DNA from: Candidatus Latescibacterota bacterium
GTDB lineage: Bacteria; Latescibacterota; UBA2968; GCA-2709665
Length of the DNA stretch: 64,000 nucleotides
Assembly: GCA_963667175.2 (NCBI GenBank)
Contig: CAXXXF010000006.1
Coordinates: 512,001 to 576,000, forward strand
Direction of reading: 5' to 3'
In this document: positions 61,166 to 64,000 of the stretch, piece by piece
Layout of the letters: each line of letters opens with the position of its first letter
How positions within the stretch are numbered: the first letter of the stretch is position 1
Program-made: the position numbers and the translations under genes
Notes under the pieces: model-generated
The model's database searches: none
What the model saw: the letters and a program-made list of their open reading frames with translations, nothing else
What the model was told of the DNA's origin: nothing

Positions 61166-61864
61166 ATGCAAAGCATCCGAAAGCAAAAACGCATTGCGGT
61201 GCTCGCCCATCACCGCCGGGAGAACGTATTTTCCGGATACAGCGGAATCGGCGACTATCATTCCGGCGCCTATGAGTGCGATTTCGTATCGCCCTACACG
61301 AAGTCCGCAGGAAACGTGGACGCCGATATCATGCTCGTGCTGCAGGATTGGTGTTCCGATGAATACTTGCGGCAAAAGAAACGTGCGGATTCTGATCTGG
61401 TCAGGCTTGGACACGACCCGCAGTTGGAAGCCAACAAGAATCTCAAGAGCCTGCTTTTCACTCATTTTGGAATCGGATTGGAGAAAACCTACGCGACAAA
61501 TCTGTTTCCATTCATAAAGCCTGGAACGATGAACGCGAGTGTTCGATTCGCAGATCTGAAGAAGGCAGCAGAGATCTACACCGTACCGGAAATTGAAATT
61601 GTGGCGCCGAGGCTCGTCGTGTGTCTTGGTGCGGTTGTGTATCGTGCAATCCGTAAGACGTGCGGACTGCCGCCAGCCGGCGACCTCGACATGGCCATTA
61701 AGTCGCCGTTTTGTTTCGGGAGCGGGCAAGTTTGGGCTCAATCACATCCGGGTAGACTGGGACAGAATAACCGCAATCGAGGAGGAGTAAATCGCGTCGC
61801 TGGGGACTGGCGACGAATGGCGGAGGCGGTTGCGTGGGACGTTTCTCGGGGTCGGCCGAAGTAG
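61166..61864 (+). CDS. Uracil-DNA glycosylase-like superfamily protein
   Basis: GNVDADIMLVLQDW, YATNLFPFIK, EIEIVAPRLVVCLG, SHPG; RBS AAGGAG. Confidence 0.7.
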   Translation: MQSIRKQKRIAVLAHHRRENVFSGYSGIGDYHSGAYECDFVSPYTKSAGNVDADIMLVLQDWCSDEYLRQKKRADSDLVRLGHDPQLEANKNLKSLLFTHFGIGLEKTYATNLFPFIKPGTMNASVRFADLKKAAEIYTVPEIEIVAPRLVVCLGAVVYRAIRKTCGLPPAGDLDMAIKSPFCFGSGQVWAQSHPGRLGQNNRNRGGVNRVAGDWRRMAEAVAWDVSRGRPK

Positions 61865-62159
61865 AGTGCCTCACGAGGGGCGCGAGCTCCGCCCCTATGT
61901 CTGCCGCTCGTCGGACCCGCCATCGCGACTCGTTCACGAACTTACCCACCGCCAGCCGGCACTGGCGCCCGGGTCTCTCCCGACCCAGCCGAAGATGTTT
62001 CGCATGCCTGTCTGCCGATGATTTTCTGGCAGACAGGACGGCTTCCTCAGCATGACAGTTCGAGCACAAGGGTGACGCACGCATTTCGCGGGTGAATTGG
62101 CCTGCTTGGCACCGACTCCCCCGACACTTATTCCGCGAGGCGTTCGGCAAGCCGTTGTT

Positions 62160-62303
62160 CCGGTTCGGCGGATTGCGGTGGATGCGTCCCGGCGCGATTT
62201 CGGCGGCGTAGACGTCGGCGGATCAAAGACGATTTTTGTAACGGTCACGAATTCCGGAGACGCTCCACTGTCCATTACGGAAATCACCACCAGCGATGAA
62301 CGT
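62160..62303 (+). pseudogene. Isolated fragment of an ASH/choice-of-anchor-D Ig-like domain
   Basis: IAVDASRRDFGGVDVGGSKTIFVTVTNSGDAPLSITEITTSD; no credible start, cut off at the conserved upstream element. Confidence 0.55.
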
Positions 62304-62519
62304 GTGAGCGATTCGCTCCGCCAATTTTCGTCAAGGGATTACACTGAAAGGCGCCATACGCAAAACACGCGTCTGTTCGTTGTGCGTAGGCAGCGTACCG
62401 CGTGCCGGAAATTTGAAAACTTCCCTTGACAAGTCTCAAAAAACCGACTTGACAACTGTCACCCTTTGGCGCAGTCTTTTCAGCAAAGTAAACTCAGAAG
62501 TAAACTGGGAAGGTGCGAC

Positions 62520-62786
62520 GTGGAGACTTCCAGAAGCAAGTTCTTCAGTGGCGACAATTTGAGAATGGCAATCTTTCTGGTGACACTACTAACTGCAGTG
62601 TGGGGCATTGTGTGGTCACTTAATACCAGCCTTGAAAGTAGAATGATCGCTCGCTTTGACAAAGTTGACAAACGCTTTGACAAGATAGATGAACGCCTGG
62701 ATAAGATAGACGAACGCCTGGATTCCTTTGGGGAGCGTATAGCCAGAAACGAAGGCACTATTGATGCGTTAGGATCCTCCAAGTAA
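62520..62786 (+). CDS. Small N-terminally anchored heptad coiled-coil protein (second family)
   Basis: GTG start after GGAAGG; TM MAIFLVTLLTAVWGIVWSL; 21-bp/7-aa repeats RFDKVDK RFDKIDE RLDKIDE; ERIARNEG. Confidence 0.75.
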   Translation: METSRSKFFSGDNLRMAIFLVTLLTAVWGIVWSLNTSLESRMIARFDKVDKRFDKIDERLDKIDERLDSFGERIARNEGTIDALGSSK

Positions 62787-62895
62787 TCCCCTACCGCTTA
62801 TCCCCCCTCGAATACATAACTACGAAACACGCGAATAAAACGAAAGAGCCGCGGCTGCCCCCTTGAGGGGAAGTCGCCTGCCTGCGCCAGGCGGA

Positions 62896-63021
62896 GCGCC
62901 TGCCTGCCGCGGGAAGCGAAGCGGCGCAGGCAGGCGGCAGGCAGGCACATGCCGAGCCGGTTCCTGAGCTTGCAGCGCCCTGACCCTGTCGAAGGGTCGA
63001 ATGGCTGGCGACGGCTGATGC
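62896..63021. repeat. Nested palindromic repeat block, copy 2
   Basis: Near-identical to 59099-59223, preceded by an extra GCCTGCCTGCGCC half-unit. Confidence 0.85.
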
Positions 63022-63077
63022 CGCGCGAAGGCAGCGCGTAGCGTGTCAGGGAATTTCGCCTCGAAAGAGAAACTCGC

Positions 63078-63106
63078 TTGACACGAGTACCGTTTTAAGG
63101 TACCGT
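63078..63106 (+). promoter_or_regulatory. Sigma70 promoter of coiled-coil gene 3
   Basis: TTGACA-N17-TACCGT; spacer diverged but both hexamers and spacing kept. Confidence 0.72.
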
Positions 63107-63147
63107 TTTCATCAGAGTAGCATCAGGAACAACCGGGAGCGAGTACT

Positions 63148-63483
63148 ATGGACACAGAAATCCTCCGCCTGCTTATCTCCATCGTAACACCTATAGCGGC
63201 TATTGTTGGTATCGGATGGTTCGGTCTGGATAGAATGGAACAGAGAATCAAAGCCGATGCCCAACAGATGGAACAGAGAATAAGAGAGGATGCTCAAAAA
63301 GCTCACGATCAGATAGGCCTGAACATCGAAACATTGCGATCTGAGATACGATCTGATACAAGCGGGATACGATCTGAATTGAGCGACATGCGAAAAGAGA
63401 TTACGGACCTGACGGGCCGAGTAGGACGTATCGAGGGCATGCTCGAAGGTATGCGAGATGCCTCGAAATCCACCCCCGAGTAA
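63148..63483 (+). CDS. Small N-terminally anchored coiled-coil protein, paralog 3 (2 repeats)
   Basis: MDTEILRLLISIVTPIAAIVGIGWFGLDR MEQRIKADAQQ MEQRIREDAQK..RVGRIEG..STPE. Confidence 0.85.
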   Translation: MDTEILRLLISIVTPIAAIVGIGWFGLDRMEQRIKADAQQMEQRIREDAQKAHDQIGLNIETLRSEIRSDTSGIRSELSDMRKEITDLTGRVGRIEGMLEGMRDASKSTPE

Positions 63484-63933
63484 ATTCCCACCGCTTATCC
63501 TCCCGCTTTTCATCCGCCGCAACCGCCTATTAACCTCAATTCGAAAAAAGACAACCGAAAAATCGGCCACAAAAGGCACAAAAGACACAAAGGGCATAGC
63601 TGCAAAACGGCGTGTAGAGGTTGTCGAAAGGCATGTTATCACGGTTCACCACCAGTGACCTGAAGGTTCCTGAAAATCCGACGTCAAATCGCCATTATTC
63701 ACCTGCGTTTATTCGAATTCACGTTCCCTGAGAACCACGAATCAAGGTTAAGCCACGCTTCAAATTCCCGCCTTGAGCTGTCCCCCCTTGCCGGTTTCAT
63801 CACCGGGGAATCGCCTGCAAACAGCGCTCCCCCGACCTCTTCCGGCGACCATACAATCCCCCGTTAAATTCGTTAAATAGTGGACGCATGACACCTGTTT
63901 TGTTTTATATTGAAGAAGTGCGAATGCGGCGCT

Positions 63934-64000
63934 CTGTTGCAAATTGCGACATCTTGACTATCTTTCCACCGCGTTGAAACCGAACGCGTGGCCTGCGCGA
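63934..64000 (+). promoter_or_regulatory. Second copy of the TTGCAA-N17-TATCTT promoter and hairpin leader, cut by the window end
   Basis: Homologous to 60888-60956. Confidence 0.6.

Noticed and set aside
59424-63483. Diversity-generating retroelement TR/VR pairs
   Set aside because: No reverse transcriptase is seen, and differences between copies are indels and mixed substitutions rather than adenine-specific.
59388-63642. Antisense ORFs over the coiled-coil paralogs and the recurring 'FAGDSPV' minus-strand ORFs
   Set aside because: They are explained by shared DNA repeats; starts, stops and lengths are not conserved between copies.
58872-64000. Classical integron cassette array
   Set aside because: No intI in the window. 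The hairpin's AAC..GTT arms enclose only about 12 nt and do not fit RYYYAAC/GTTRRRY attC geometry, and the genes carry their own promoters.

Overview
High-GC bacterial chromosomal window, densely coding. Lineage is an inference: the yicC-gmk-rpoZ-coaBC-udg-dnaB order, futalosine menaquinone genes and 'DFDGxGxVDFxDFLxFAxxFG' C-terminal tails suggest an FCB-group or Latescibacterota-like organism. About 1-40.7 kb and 43.4-57.4 kb hold housekeeping and catabolic genes. These include kptA, a DacZ-like diadenylate cyclase, prs, truC, nagB, acpP, a Re-citrate-synthase-like enzyme, mqnB/mqnD, two QueF paralogs, kbl, and many oxidoreductases and dioxygenases. There are two accessory regions. (i) 40.8-43.4 kb is a decayed island with a RelE-type TA pair, an IS1595 remnant, a low-GC winged-helix gene, a three-hairpin non-coding element beside a repeat-covered promoter, and a broken PLD-domain gene. 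(ii) 58.9-64 kb, the most interesting part, is a modular array of small N-anchored coiled-coil genes: three close paralogs with 4, 1 and 2 copies of an 11-aa repeat, plus a second family with one intact gene and one fragment. The intact genes carry conserved upstream elements (with a compensatory base change in one hairpin) and conserved downstream sequence, and the three paralogs share a TTGACA-N17-TACCGT promoter. Nested palindromic repeats and a UDG-like cargo gene lie between units, and the array runs off the window end. No rRNA, tRNA or CRISPR array was recognised. All calls come from motif recognition by eye; no searches were run.
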